This document shows, one piece after another, positions 17,867-27,939 of a DNA stretch of 64,000 nucleotides. The position numbers were made by a program, and so were the translations under genes. Numbering within the stretch: position 1 is the stretch's first letter; each line of letters begins with the position of its first letter. The notes beneath the pieces are model-generated. The model worked only from the letters and a program-made list of their open reading frames with translations, was not told the DNA's origin and did no database searches. The DNA lies in IMG/VR virus record IMGVR_UViG_3300025018_001404, positions 13,644-77,643 of that record. One strand, given 5' to 3'. Source of the DNA: a virus.

Positions 17867-18981
17867 TGAAGACTATTTCAGCCAACATGAGGACTCATCT
17901 GGACCAGACTACTACGACTCTGGCCACCTGTTGGTATATGCTACGTACGGATGGACAGGAGTTCTTTTTTACAGACCACGATACGGATATCGTGTTTGGA
18001 GGTGATACCTACTTGTCTGCAATAGGGTACTCGCCGTCTAGTATTTCTAATAGTAGCGATCTCAGCGTGGACAACCTTAACGTCGAGGGTTTCATTGATT
18101 CATCGGTGATTCTTCTCGAAGACCTGATAGCGGGCCTGTTCAACTACGCTGAGTACCGAATCTTCATGGTTAACTACGAAGACCCTGATGGTACTGGTCA
18201 GATCAAGTTGAAGCGTGGACGGCTGGGCGAGACACAGTACACGACTGACAACACATTCACCGTTGAACTTCGCAGCCTTACCCAGAACCTCGCTCAAAGC
18301 ATCGTCAATCAGTATAGCCCCGACTGCCAGGCTGATCTTGGTGACACAAAATGTGGGTTTCCCATCGACCCCACCTTGCGTGCGAACAGCACCGCGCTGA
18401 CACTCGGAGAATACATAAAGGTTCCCACTGGTGTCGGTCTTGGATACGCTGCCTATGAAAATCGTATTTATGAAGTGACGACCGCAGGTACTACGGCAGG
18501 ATCGCAACCAACCTACGACGAGACGATAGGTAACACCACTACAGATGGCACAGCCGTCCTCACGGCCCGTGATGCATTTACGCGCCATGCTGTTGTAGCC
18601 ACCGTGACCGACCGCAAGAACTTCACACTTACTGTCGATGAGGCCAGAGCAGTCGATGGTTGGTTCGACCTTGGCGTTATCGTATGGGAATCCGGGGACA
18701 ATACAGGTCGCACCTGCGAAGTAAAATCATGGGTGGATGCTACGAATCTGGCCACACTATATCTGTCGTTGCCGTATGCCGTGCAAGTCGGTGATCGCCT
18801 TCGCATTTACCCTGGATGCAATAAGTCCGGGCATATGACCACGGGTCACTGCGCCAACAAGTTCTTCATCACTGACTCGCTGAAGTTCCCCGCCACTCGC
18901 GGCAATATATGGAACTTTCGTGGCCATAACAAAATCCCAGGCCCGTCCATTGTCGGTCAAACCCCAGCGGTTCAGGGATAA
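17866..18981 (+). CDS. Baseplate hub protein (DUF2163/BR0599, GTA-like) with inserted module
   Basis: TTLATCW...R.DG..FTDHD; CQADLGD.KC; PGCNK..C.NKF..N..NFRG. Confidence 0.9.
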   Translation: MKTISANMRTHLDQTTTTLATCWYMLRTDGQEFFFTDHDTDIVFGGDTYLSAIGYSPSSISNSSDLSVDNLNVEGFIDSSVILLEDLIAGLFNYAEYRIFMVNYEDPDGTGQIKLKRGRLGETQYTTDNTFTVELRSLTQNLAQSIVNQYSPDCQADLGDTKCGFPIDPTLRANSTALTLGEYIKVPTGVGLGYAAYENRIYEVTTAGTTAGSQPTYDETIGNTTTDGTAVLTARDAFTRHAVVATVTDRKNFTLTVDEARAVDGWFDLGVIVWESGDNTGRTCEVKSWVDATNLATLYLSLPYAVQVGDRLRIYPGCNKSGHMTTGHCANKFFITDSLKFPATRGNIWNFRGHNKIPGPSIVGQTPAVQG

Positions 18982-19430
18982 TGGTAACTCGGGCTGATAT
19001 CGTAGCAGAGGCGTTGACCTGGGAAGGGACTCCGTTTCGGCATCAAGGACGCTCCCGATCAGGAGTCGACTGTGTCGGCTTGGGCATCTGTGTGGGTCGG
19101 TCGCTAGGCTTGCTCGGCGATTACGACATTCTGAACTACCGCAGGAACGCTGATGGCGCTGATCTCATGCGCGAGTTCAAAAGCCAGATGGGCCGGAAGA
19201 AACCGATCAATCAGGCCATGCCTGGTGACACCTTTCTGTTCCGAGATGGGCAGTTCGTCATCCATGTTGGTATCGTACTAGCGGTTTCCCCACGGCTTGA
19301 GATTATCCACGCATACGCCTTGAACCGTAAGGTTATTCGGTGTTTTCCCGATTTGACAAGGGACAACCAGGGCCTGCTTTCAGACCGCATCCAGTACTGC
19401 TTCGAGTATCCAGGGATGTCCGATGGGTAA
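18981..19430 (+). CDS. NlpC/P60 family tail-associated peptidase
   Basis: WEGTPFRHQGR...GVDCVGL...HVGI...IIHA. Confidence 0.9.
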   Translation: MVTRADIVAEALTWEGTPFRHQGRSRSGVDCVGLGICVGRSLGLLGDYDILNYRRNADGADLMREFKSQMGRKKPINQAMPGDTFLFRDGQFVIHVGIVLAVSPRLEIIHAYALNRKVIRCFPDLTRDNQGLLSDRIQYCFEYPGMSDG

Positions 19431-22400
19431 GTCTATTGGACGGATGCTCTTTACGTCGGTGGGTAGGTGGGCGTTTGGCCCGCTCGGTGGGGTTGCCTTC
19501 GGCGCACTGGGTAACTCCCTTTTCCCGACAACTCTTCCTGAAAAGATCGGTCCCCGCCTTACCGATCTCATGGCCACGTCTTCAACCGAAGGTGCCCCAC
19601 GTATGCGTGGGTTTGGCACAGTGAGGATGGCTGGCAATGTTCTATGGGCACCCGGTCTTACTGAGATAAAAACTACTGAAAAATTAGGCGGCAAGGGCGG
19701 GGTGTTCCAGCCTACTACTGCTACGAGTCAAAAAGTCACGACGTACAACTACTATTCAGACCTGGCTATTGGTTTTGGCGAAGGACTGGCTGAAGATGTC
19801 CTGCGTATATGGATAGATGAGAAACTGGTCTACGACAAGACTGGTAGCGGTGATGTCATCGCCATCGATGGCCTGACGTTCAGGTTCTATACCGGCGCTG
19901 AGGACCAGGAACCCGACCCGCTTATTGTCTCCCGTGAGAATGTCAAGGACACGTCTGCCTATCGGGGGGAGTGCTATATCGTGTTCGAGCAGCTTCCCGT
20001 GCTGGAGTTTGGTAACCGCCCGACACCTAACATCAACGCTGAGATCGTCTGGTCAGGTGCGGTCGCTAACCCATCGGTAGACACTGTAAGCGCCCTGGTA
20101 GGTGGTATATCCGCAGGCATCGCTGTCCAGCAGATCAGGGACTGGACTAGAGAGTATGCCTACGAGTTCAGCGTCAGTACCCCCGCGATTCGCCGGATCA
20201 ATACCCGAGACCTGGTAGAGGATCGCCAGGCTCTGTTCTCAGATATAATGGCGGGGTCTTCGTGGCCCACTAATTACCCCGCGTACGGGGGTGCTGTGAC
20301 CCCCGGTGGCAAACTGATAATGTCTGTTGCGTCGTATAACGACACGCCGATGATCCTGATTGACCCGGTGACGATGACGAGGTTGTCGATATGGGGTCAG
20401 CAGGATATCGCAGGGGATTGGACGCCTGTACGTGCCCCTCCTATCACAAAGTGGGCGTCCGTCCTCATATTGTACACATCGGTCGAGGTCGAGCGCAACG
20501 AGTACATGGTAGGTTCCGGGTTCTTCGCGGACGGCCACTGCGTTGTTGTCCGAGTCGATCAGGCCCCCGAGGTTTTAGGTACCCCTAACACGATAGGGTA
20601 TGTATGGGATAGTCAGACGTACCTGGGTGCTGGGGGCCTGGGTATCGGTGCACGCATATTCCCTGTCACGCTGTACGCAAGTCGTGAGCGCAGTAACATT
20701 TGTATGCTTTTCGGTGGCTCCGATAGCGGAGGCGGAACAGAAGTCGGTGTAGGTGAACTAGAAATTTTCCTTAGCGCCCAGCACAACGCTACTAACCTTA
20801 ACAGCAACATGACCAGTTATAAGGTCAAAAACCCTATCGACATCGCTGACATCGTCACTGGCGCGACGGAATACTACGACATTCAGACAGTGTTTAAAGA
20901 CGACGCTGACGATACCTTCATCTTCGTCATTCGTATGACGATTACGACGTACCAGATGTTCAAATGGGACCACACCACTGAGGAGGTTATGTGGTCTACG
21001 GATATTACAGCTACCTACAATTCAACCTTTGCTCTTAATCAGTCCGTGGTCAAGGACAACACTCTTGGTTGGGTAAAGGACAACGGCCACGGTGCCTGGA
21101 TCGACACCCGTACCGGCGTGCTAAAGGACGCTGATATAGACTTCGGCGTTACATATTCGGGCGGGGCTAACCAGGGAGTCTGGAACAGCCGTAGCCAATC
21201 GTTCAGTGTTACGACCAGCGACAGTTACATTATGAAGAAATACAACTTCGGGCGGGGTACGTCTGAGGAAGTGTCCCTGGCAACAATCGTTGCCCAGATT
21301 TGTGAGTGGGATAGATTGGAGGCGTCGGATATTGACGTAACCGATCTCGCAAACGAGTACATCCCCGGCTATGCAGTCACTCAACCTGGCGCTACCGGAC
21401 GTGCCGCCATTGAGCCGTTGCAGATGCTTAGACTGTTCGATGGCGTTGAAAGTGACGACGTTTTGAAGTTCAGGATGCGTGGTCAATCATCTGTTCGGAC
21501 AATCAGTGAAGATGACCTGATTGTAGTCGACTCATCCAATGACGACACCTGGGTTACCACGGATCAGCAGGAAATCGAACTTCCTGAGCGAGTTACCTTC
21601 GCTTATCAGTCGCGGGAAAACGACTACCAGATCGCCACGTCGTCCGCGAAACGTGTACTTGCACCTGTCCCTGTCATGCGGTCGGTATCCAGAGTATCGC
21701 AGGACTTCACGGCTGCGCTCGATAATGACGACGCCAGGCAGTCCGCTGAGAAATATATGTATGCGCTGTGGATTGGGCGTACCACTTACAAGCACAAGTT
21801 GCCATGGTCACACATTGACCTTGAGCCTTCGGATGTCTATACCGTGCAACCGAGCGCGAATCAGTCGTACCTGGTTCGGTTGGAGAGCAGTAATCTCGGT
21901 ACAGACATGGCGCTCGACAACTCCGCTATGGCAGAGGACACCGGGCAGTACGTGTCCACCATCGTGAGTGCCGGTGGAACTGGTGTACCTGTCCAGACAA
22001 TCCCTGGTCAAGTGCCCGTACAACTGTTCCTTCTGGACGTGCCCTTACTCCGTAACTTTGATGAATTGCCAAACCGTATTGGAGCACCACTGTACTACGG
22101 CATCGGTGCCTACCACGATGGCGATAGCGCCCGAGCAAATATTTATAAATCTTCAGGCGATTCTGTAAACGAGATAATTGGTCGCAGGATCGAGGGCGTA
22201 GCCTGGGGTGGCACTGCTAATGCCATGCCCGACCCTCCAGTGTCCCCATTTATGACTGACAATACGTCGGAACTGCGTGTGTACATGCAGGACGGTGGGG
22301 CTACATTAGCGTCTATCACCGAACTGCAGATGCTGAACGGTGGCAACGCGGCGGCGCTTCTCAAGGCTAATGGAGAAGTAGAACTTATAAATTTCCGTGA

Positions 22401-22992
22401 TGTCTCTGACAACTCAGATGGGTCTTACATTCTGTCTGGGTTTCTTCGTGGTCGCCGTGGCACGGATACCATGACTAACAGTCATACTGTTGGAGAGACA
22501 TTTGTTGTTCTGAACAATTTAACCTGGGATACGACTAACCTATCTCTTGAGGAATTGAATACCGCCAGGTACTACAAGGCTGTGCCTGACGGTCAGCAGA
22601 TTGAAGAGTCACTTACATACCCGTTGACCAGTGAGTTGCGCCCTCTCATGCCCTACGCCGTTCGTAACGTCGAAGCAGAGCGTGAGATGGACGACGATAT
22701 CCTGTTGACCTGGTACCGCAGAGACAGGTTGGGTACAGACCTTGTGGACTCATTCGAAGACCAGCCGCTGTCTGAAGACTCCGAACTGTACAAGGTTTAC
22801 ATCTATGACGGTCCTGCCGGGACACTGGTGCGCACGGTTACGGGTCTGACGAGCGCGACGTATACTTACACTGCGGCTAACCAAGGGACAGACGGTCTGT
22901 CTCTTACGGCCCCGGCTATTACGGTGAAGGTCGTTCAGGTCAGCGGCCAAGTCGGTGAAGGCTTTTCACAAGAAATTACGATTGAAATCTAA
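19423..22992 (+). CDS. Central tail tip / host specificity protein (GTA megatron-like)
   Basis: GPRLTDL..SSTEG...GTVRMAGNVLW; AYRG..YIVFE.LP..FGNR; LSGFLRGRRGT; W.RR.R; 1189 aa. Confidence 0.85.
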   Translation: MGKSIGRMLFTSVGRWAFGPLGGVAFGALGNSLFPTTLPEKIGPRLTDLMATSSTEGAPRMRGFGTVRMAGNVLWAPGLTEIKTTEKLGGKGGVFQPTTATSQKVTTYNYYSDLAIGFGEGLAEDVLRIWIDEKLVYDKTGSGDVIAIDGLTFRFYTGAEDQEPDPLIVSRENVKDTSAYRGECYIVFEQLPVLEFGNRPTPNINAEIVWSGAVANPSVDTVSALVGGISAGIAVQQIRDWTREYAYEFSVSTPAIRRINTRDLVEDRQALFSDIMAGSSWPTNYPAYGGAVTPGGKLIMSVASYNDTPMILIDPVTMTRLSIWGQQDIAGDWTPVRAPPITKWASVLILYTSVEVERNEYMVGSGFFADGHCVVVRVDQAPEVLGTPNTIGYVWDSQTYLGAGGLGIGARIFPVTLYASRERSNICMLFGGSDSGGGTEVGVGELEIFLSAQHNATNLNSNMTSYKVKNPIDIADIVTGATEYYDIQTVFKDDADDTFIFVIRMTITTYQMFKWDHTTEEVMWSTDITATYNSTFALNQSVVKDNTLGWVKDNGHGAWIDTRTGVLKDADIDFGVTYSGGANQGVWNSRSQSFSVTTSDSYIMKKYNFGRGTSEEVSLATIVAQICEWDRLEASDIDVTDLANEYIPGYAVTQPGATGRAAIEPLQMLRLFDGVESDDVLKFRMRGQSSVRTISEDDLIVVDSSNDDTWVTTDQQEIELPERVTFAYQSRENDYQIATSSAKRVLAPVPVMRSVSRVSQDFTAALDNDDARQSAEKYMYALWIGRTTYKHKLPWSHIDLEPSDVYTVQPSANQSYLVRLESSNLGTDMALDNSAMAEDTGQYVSTIVSAGGTGVPVQTIPGQVPVQLFLLDVPLLRNFDELPNRIGAPLYYGIGAYHDGDSARANIYKSSGDSVNEIIGRRIEGVAWGGTANAMPDPPVSPFMTDNTSELRVYMQDGGATLASITELQMLNGGNAAALLKANGEVELINFRDVSDNSDGSYILSGFLRGRRGTDTMTNSHTVGETFVVLNNLTWDTTNLSLEELNTARYYKAVPDGQQIEESLTYPLTSELRPLMPYAVRNVEAEREMDDDILLTWYRRDRLGTDLVDSFEDQPLSEDSELYKVYIYDGPAGTLVRTVTGLTSATYTYTAANQGTDGLSLTAPAITVKVVQVSGQVGEGFSQEITIEI

Positions 22993-23004
22993 GGGTTAAT
23001 AGAT

Positions 23005-23847
23005 ATGGCTGGCGAGACGAATAACCTTGATCGGTCGATTATGACCGACACCCAACTGAGCAAGTATCAGACCAGCAACGATGCTGATGGTCAGGTAGAC
23101 GCAGCTATCACGGCTTCCAAGACTGTGTTGGTGGATGACACTAATGCAGCGTCGATAGCTGCGACTGACTTCCGTCGCGGTGTAGAGTTTGTTCTTACAG
23201 ATGGGTCTCCAGTACCGACTGCCGCCATCACGATCACGATCCCAGCCGTTGTCAGGGGGTTGCTCGTGGTCCGGAACACTACGTCCTTCACAGCGACCAT
23301 AGGTATCTCAGGCCAACCTGTCACCGCTCCGACTCTTGCTACACTAGAGCACGCGATTTTCCATTGTGATGGCACGAATGTCAGAGTCGTTAGTGGCTCG
23401 GGAGTTAGTGAATTCATCGACTTATCTGACGCGCCGAGTTCCTACTCTGGCGAGGCGGGACAAATGCTTCGCGTCAACAGTGGTGAGACTGCCATTGAGT
23501 TTGAGGATGCGCCTTACGATCCGACTTTCTATATGCCAGGGTCGCCTACCAGTAGCATGATCGTATACTTCCTTGAGGCCATCCGGGCATTCGGTTTCCC
23601 GGCTGGTATGACGGGCAGCCGGTGCCGCGCCTTATCGGCTGCTACCGCTCAGACTGATTTCGATGTGCAAAAGAACGGCGTCAGCATCGGCACTATTCGG
23701 TTTGCTGCCGCTGGTACGCTGGCCACATATGTCAGTTTTAGTGCCTCGTCTTTCGCGGTTGGAGACACGTTGAAGATCATCGCCCCCGCCACGCCGGACG
23801 CCACACTCGGAAGCGTGTCCTTCGGCCTGATGGGTCGCCGTGCATGA
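23005..23847 (+). CDS. Tail fibre adaptor / minor tail protein
   Basis: FIDLSDAPSSYSGEAG..LRVN motif and C-terminal FDVQKNGVSIGTIRFAA..SF.VGD.L domain. Confidence 0.65.
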   Translation: MAGETNNLDRSIMTDTQLSKYQTSNDADGQVDAAITASKTVLVDDTNAASIAATDFRRGVEFVLTDGSPVPTAAITITIPAVVRGLLVVRNTTSFTATIGISGQPVTAPTLATLEHAIFHCDGTNVRVVSGSGVSEFIDLSDAPSSYSGEAGQMLRVNSGETAIEFEDAPYDPTFYMPGSPTSSMIVYFLEAIRAFGFPAGMTGSRCRALSAATAQTDFDVQKNGVSIGTIRFAAAGTLATYVSFSASSFAVGDTLKIIAPATPDATLGSVSFGLMGRRA

Positions 23848-25070
23848 CGACGTGGAACTCATCTGACCGTTACGGCAATCCGTCGCGTATGACGTTCTCT
23901 AACGGAGACCCCACCGTTGCGGCCACGAGCGGCTACTGGACTGGAGGGCTATGGCAATCGGTGCGAGGCACCACGTCCAAGAGTGGAGGCAAGGTGGTGT
24001 TCCAGACCAGCCCTGACGTACTGACTAACGACATGCGCACGGTTACAGGGCTGATGACATCAGGTCCCAATATTCAGGACGACCCTGGTGTCTATCCGGG
24101 CCAAACGCCCACCGGGATAGGATACTATGGGAATGACGGCAGCGTGTATCTGAACGCCGTGAGCATCGCCACACTCCGGAGGCAGGGCAACTCACCAATC
24201 ATGGTGGCCGCCGACTTCGACGCGGCTCTAGCCTGGTTCGCGGTCAGCGAGGCGCTTGGATCATGCTTCGAGCCGCAAGCAACTCCGATCATCATATCTA
24301 ACAACCGAATGACCGTGAACATTGAGGGGTACGCGGTGGGCGAGTGGCGCGGCTCGCGCAGCATAACAGAGCGGTCATCTGGGTTACTTTACTGCGAGTG
24401 CACGCCGTCCGCGTCGTCTACTACGGTATTCGGGCTGTGCAACAGCGCGCAGAGCATGACGGCCAACAACACGATTGGCCAGGGCGGCACCGAAGGTGTC
24501 AGCTACAAGTCAGACGGGACCACCGTTAATTGCGGCGGCGTTTCCATGTCGGCTTGGGGGACCAACACAATCGGCATGGCCGTCAACCTGACCACCGGCA
24601 ACGTGTGGTTCTACGATCCGGCGACCGGATACTGGAACGGCAACGCCAGTTATGACCCTGCGGCAGGTACGGGCGGGATCAACTTGGCGACACAGACTGT
24701 AAGCGGCCCTTACTACGCCGCCGTCAAATGCTACAGCGCCGACGCGCAAACCATGAATTTTGGTGCGTCGGCGTTCGTACACACGGTACCTTCAGGGTTC
24801 ATGGCCTGGGACAACCCATCGGTGCCTACCCTGTGGAACGGTGACGTATTAGCGAATCAGAATCCTGCCACGGGTGTCGGTGGTCTGGATATCTCTGGCT
24901 TCGGCGCGGCGGCGTTCCCAGCCTGGTCTACGTTCGACCTTAATACCAGCACCGCGAACTTTAGTGGAGCACCGCTGTTCGGGGTAGATGTACCGTTCGG
25001 CTTCGGATCGTGGGACCCCCAACCGTCCAGGTGGGCGGGATACAGACCTGGTGGCATGGTGATGACATAG
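23844..25070 (+). CDS. Receptor-binding protein with two SPRY/concanavalin-like domains
   Basis: SVRGTTSKSGGK.., IGMAVNL..G.VWF, NFG..AF..VPSGF..W motifs present twice. Confidence 0.65.
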   Translation: MTTWNSSDRYGNPSRMTFSNGDPTVAATSGYWTGGLWQSVRGTTSKSGGKVVFQTSPDVLTNDMRTVTGLMTSGPNIQDDPGVYPGQTPTGIGYYGNDGSVYLNAVSIATLRRQGNSPIMVAADFDAALAWFAVSEALGSCFEPQATPIIISNNRMTVNIEGYAVGEWRGSRSITERSSGLLYCECTPSASSTTVFGLCNSAQSMTANNTIGQGGTEGVSYKSDGTTVNCGGVSMSAWGTNTIGMAVNLTTGNVWFYDPATGYWNGNASYDPAAGTGGINLATQTVSGPYYAAVKCYSADAQTMNFGASAFVHTVPSGFMAWDNPSVPTLWNGDVLANQNPATGVGGLDISGFGAAAFPAWSTFDLNTSTANFSGAPLFGVDVPFGFGSWDPQPSRWAGYRPGGMVMT

Positions 25071-25140
25071 TAGCCATAGCCTAGACACGGTACCTCTTTC
25101 CGAAGTAGTGTATACTGTATTACAGAGAAGGAATTTTGCC

Positions 25141-25392
25141 GTGACAGAGATTAGCGAGGACTACGTCAATAAAGTGGCTGATGAAGTGGCCAAGAGGATA
25201 GTCAATCAGTTGATGACCACCCTTGGTGTAGACGCTTCCAACCCTCTGGAAATGCAGAAAGACTTCCAGCACCTCCGGGCATGGCGCACTTCTATGGAGA
25301 GTGTCCGTAGCAAGAGTATCTTAACCATTGTGAGCACTGCGGTTCTTGGAATCGCGACTCTGGTATGGATGGCCCTGACACGGACGTACTAA
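25141..25392 (+). CDS. Membrane protein (holin/antiholin-like, one C-terminal TM)
   Basis: GTG start after GAGAAGG; LGVDASNPLEMQKDFQHLRAWR followed by a hydrophobic helix. Confidence 0.6.
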   Translation: MTEISEDYVNKVADEVAKRIVNQLMTTLGVDASNPLEMQKDFQHLRAWRTSMESVRSKSILTIVSTAVLGIATLVWMALTRTY

Positions 25393-25434
25393 TAGGCGTA
25401 TGATTCGCCCAAATAAGACTCTAAGGATAAAGAC

Positions 25435-25659
25435 ATGGATTTCACTTTTCTCGGTCTGACGACCGCCATGAACATGCTTTGGTTGCTTGTTGGCTTTGTT
25501 GGCGTGATCTTCGGGCTTCGCTACTTCGACAAGTCTCTCGGCATCAGTTTCAAATCTCAGGTGTGGGATGTCATTGCTACGAACTCTATGGCTCTCGCTG
25601 TTTATCATGGTCTCAGGCTCATTGCTGTCGCCATGCTTCTCAGCGCCGCTATTAAATAA
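25435..25659 (+). CDS. Putative holin (2 TM)
   Basis: 74 aa, two hydrophobic segments, overlaps endolysin start. Confidence 0.65.
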   Translation: MDFTFLGLTTAMNMLWLLVGFVGVIFGLRYFDKSLGISFKSQVWDVIATNSMALAVYHGLRLIAVAMLLSAAIK

Positions 25660-26152
25660 CCACCAATACGACGAGTCTATCCAGTCCTCCGTAAAGCGGT
25701 ATTGGGCCGGTTATCCCGACTGGAAGTGGTGGAAGGCGCAACTTTACCAGGAGAGCCTGCTGGAGCCTACAGCCCGTTCCCACGTCGGTGCTGAGGGCAT
25801 CGCTCAGTTCATGCCTGCCACCTGGCGTCAAGTATCGAAGCAGATGGGCTATCGGAGCATATCACCGCGTGATGCAAAGTATGCCATCGCAGCCGGTGCG
25901 TTCTACATGGCGCAATTGAAGCGTAGCTGGAAAGCAAAGCGACCCGAGATGGATCGCCATTTCCTCGCAGCGGCTTCGTACAATGCTGGGATGGGGAATA
26001 TCCTGCACGCTCAGGACAGATGCGGCAATAAATCTCTCTACAAGGAAATTATTGCTTGCCTTCCGCAGGTAACTGGCAGACACTCTCGTGAAACGATTAC
26101 ATACGTCGAACGTATTCAAAAATGGTACCACATTCTGGAGACTGAACGATGA
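25568..26152 (+). CDS. Endolysin, soluble lytic transglycosylase with N-terminal signal-like segment
   Basis: AQLYQES, A.S.VGA.GIAQFMPATW, ASYNAG.G, ETITYV.RI motifs. Confidence 0.9.
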   Translation: MSLLRTLWLSLFIMVSGSLLSPCFSAPLLNNHQYDESIQSSVKRYWAGYPDWKWWKAQLYQESLLEPTARSHVGAEGIAQFMPATWRQVSKQMGYRSISPRDAKYAIAAGAFYMAQLKRSWKAKRPEMDRHFLAAASYNAGMGNILHAQDRCGNKSLYKEIIACLPQVTGRHSRETITYVERIQKWYHILETER

Positions 26153-26739
26153 GAATTTCCTGCTTGGCGCATGACGCCGGTTACGAGGAATGGACCAGCC
26201 TGCTCAGCCAGGGCAAGAACGTCAAGGTGTTCTTGAACGGTGTCCTGATGGACAACGTCGTCATTGCTGACGACCAGAAGGACGAGATCGTCTGCCACGC
26301 TTCTCCGATCCGAGTCGATAATGCGACCGGTGAATGCGCTGTCGAATCCTATTATGGCCGCGTGAGTATCGAAGTCTGCGATCCTGAGCCTGTGCCTGAT
26401 ACGTTTCAGGTGAGCCTGGTCGAAAACTCAGTTGACATTACCGGCGACGGCGATCTTCCGTCCGATGTGTTCTGCTTCAAGACGGATTTCTTTGTGCCTC
26501 TCGGCGCTGACCTTGCCGTGTTGAACGGGGTACGCAACGTCTGGCTTCGGGACGCTCTTGAACTGGATTTAGCACCGAACTCTGGGTTCGAGGTAGACTA
26601 CGGCTCCGAGCCGTCTGCCAGTGTTGGCGTAGACGAGTTCGGCCACACCTACTTCGAAGAACCGGATGACTTTGTTATCTTCGATGAGTTTTCCGACATC
26701 GAGGACTCACTGAGTCGCATGTTAAGTGAACGCCTGTAG
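26149..26739 (+). CDS. Hypothetical acidic protein
   Basis: 196 aa ORF coupled (ATGA) to the endolysin. Confidence 0.6.
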   Translation: MRISCLAHDAGYEEWTSLLSQGKNVKVFLNGVLMDNVVIADDQKDEIVCHASPIRVDNATGECAVESYYGRVSIEVCDPEPVPDTFQVSLVENSVDITGDGDLPSDVFCFKTDFFVPLGADLAVLNGVRNVWLRDALELDLAPNSGFEVDYGSEPSASVGVDEFGHTYFEEPDDFVIFDEFSDIEDSLSRMLSERL

Positions 26740-26807
26740 AAATCTGTTTCTGGTGCTGAACGTCGTCTTCTTGGCGGCGTTCTTCTACTTTGCTAGAGAG
26801 TGGTAAC

Positions 26808-27365
26808 ATGTTCGCAGCCGCAGGCGCGTGGATCGCAGGCAAAGGCCTGAAGTACATCCTCAGTGGTCTCGTGATCGCTGCCATCGTTGGTGGACTGGCG
26901 TGGAAGTGGAGTGACTTCAAATCCGGTCTCATCGAGCAGGGCCGCGTCGAAGGCCGCGCTGAAATCCAGGCTCTGTGGGATGAGGACACTCAGGCCAGGG
27001 AAAAAGAGTTTGCAGCCTTACTGGCCCACTACCACGCCAAGGAACAGGCGTACAACGCCAGGATCGTTAAACTCCAACAGGACAAAGCACATGAAGTGGC
27101 TCGTATTAACACTAGCCTCCAGCTTGCTCTTGACAGCTTGCGCGACCGCCCGTACAAGCGCGCCGCTCCCCCCGACCCCGCCACGTTTACATCCGATTCA
27201 GAGGGAAGTACCGGCGCGGGACTGGCAAGGCCAGATGCAGAATTTCTTGCAGGGTACGCTGCCGACGCAGCCCAACTCGACTCCGAACTGAACTTCTGTA
27301 TAGAGTCCCACAACGCTGCAGTGGAGGCGATCAACTCTCTGTCGTCCCCTAGCGGCCCACCATAA
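26808..27365 (+). CDS. Inner-membrane spanin (Rz-like)
   Basis: N-terminal TM, coiled coil, STGAGLARPDAEFLAGYAADA..L..C. Confidence 0.8.
   Translation: MFAAAGAWIAGKGLKYILSGLVIAAIVGGLAWKWSDFKSGLIEQGRVEGRAEIQALWDEDTQAREKEFAALLAHYHAKEQAYNARIVKLQQDKAHEVARINTSLQLALDSLRDRPYKRAAPPDPATFTSDSEGSTGAGLARPDAEFLAGYAADAAQLDSELNFCIESHNAAVEAINSLSSPSGPP
27091..27291 (+). CDS. Outer-membrane spanin (Rz1-like lipoprotein) embedded in Rz
   Basis: MKWLVLTLASSLLLTAC lipobox then Pro-rich segment, in an alternative frame of Rz. Confidence 0.8.
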   Translation: MKWLVLTLASSLLLTACATARTSAPLPPTPPRLHPIQREVPARDWQGQMQNFLQGTLPTQPNSTPN

Positions 27366-27413
27366 CCGGGCGTATACTACCTACATTCGCAATTTCTTTC
27401 CAAGAGGTCTATT

Positions 27414-27500
27414 ATGGATAAGTTTCGTGCATGGCTCAAGGACTGGCGTGTGTGGGCGGGTGCTACTGGCTTCCTGCTTATGGTTTGCCTGTTCTTCTAG
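27414..27500 (+). CDS. 28-aa membrane micropeptide
   Basis: RBS AAGAGG; MDKFRAWLKDWRVWAGATGFLLMVCLFF. Confidence 0.55.
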   Translation: MDKFRAWLKDWRVWAGATGFLLMVCLFF

Positions 27501-27506
27501 GTCGAT

Positions 27507-27647
27507 ATGTCCTGGTTTATGGAAATGTTTCCCCATAGCCCGATAACCAGGACAGTCACCTACTTTCAGCGGAAACCTAAACGATGCTGGCTCTCAGTAG
27601 GTATCATCATAGGCGTGATCGCCTGCGCCATATTCAGGCGCGGATAA
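27507..27647 (+). CDS. 46-aa membrane micropeptide
   Basis: MSWFMEMF...KPKRCWLSVGIIIGVIACAIFRRG directly after the previous ORF. Confidence 0.45.
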   Translation: MSWFMEMFPHSPITRTVTYFQRKPKRCWLSVGIIIGVIACAIFRRG

Positions 27648-27690
27648 AACTCTTCTTCATCTCAGTAGTAATAGGCGCTTCGACGTATGC

Positions 27691-27939
27691 CTAACGCCTT
27701 AGCGGTAAGGCAGTGATAATTCGGTCGATAGTGCTATCCCAGACTACTCGCACGGTACGGCCAAGGTATGGAACGTAGTACTGCGCCCTGGTAGCATCAG
27801 TTCTGGTTATAAGAATCGCGTTACCTGTCTTGACCTTGCTGCAAAGAGAATCGTAGTCATTCTCATCGCAATTAACTCTGTACCGTTCTTCGAGTCTTTG
27901 AATCGTATGCTCGACCAGAGCCGGGTATGGGTTAGTCAT
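27691..27939 (-). CDS. Hypothetical protein
   Basis: H..QRL.ERY...VRVVWD....IITALP, RelE-fold-like pattern common in phages. Confidence 0.6.
   Translation of the reverse strand: MTNPYPALVEHTIQRLEERYRVNCDENDYDSLCSKVKTGNAILITRTDATRAQYYVPYLGRTVRVVWDSTIDRIITALPLRR

Noticed and set aside
23005-25070. Diversity-generating retroelement acting on the tail fibre
   Set aside because: No reverse transcriptase and no near-identical template/variable repeat pair seen.
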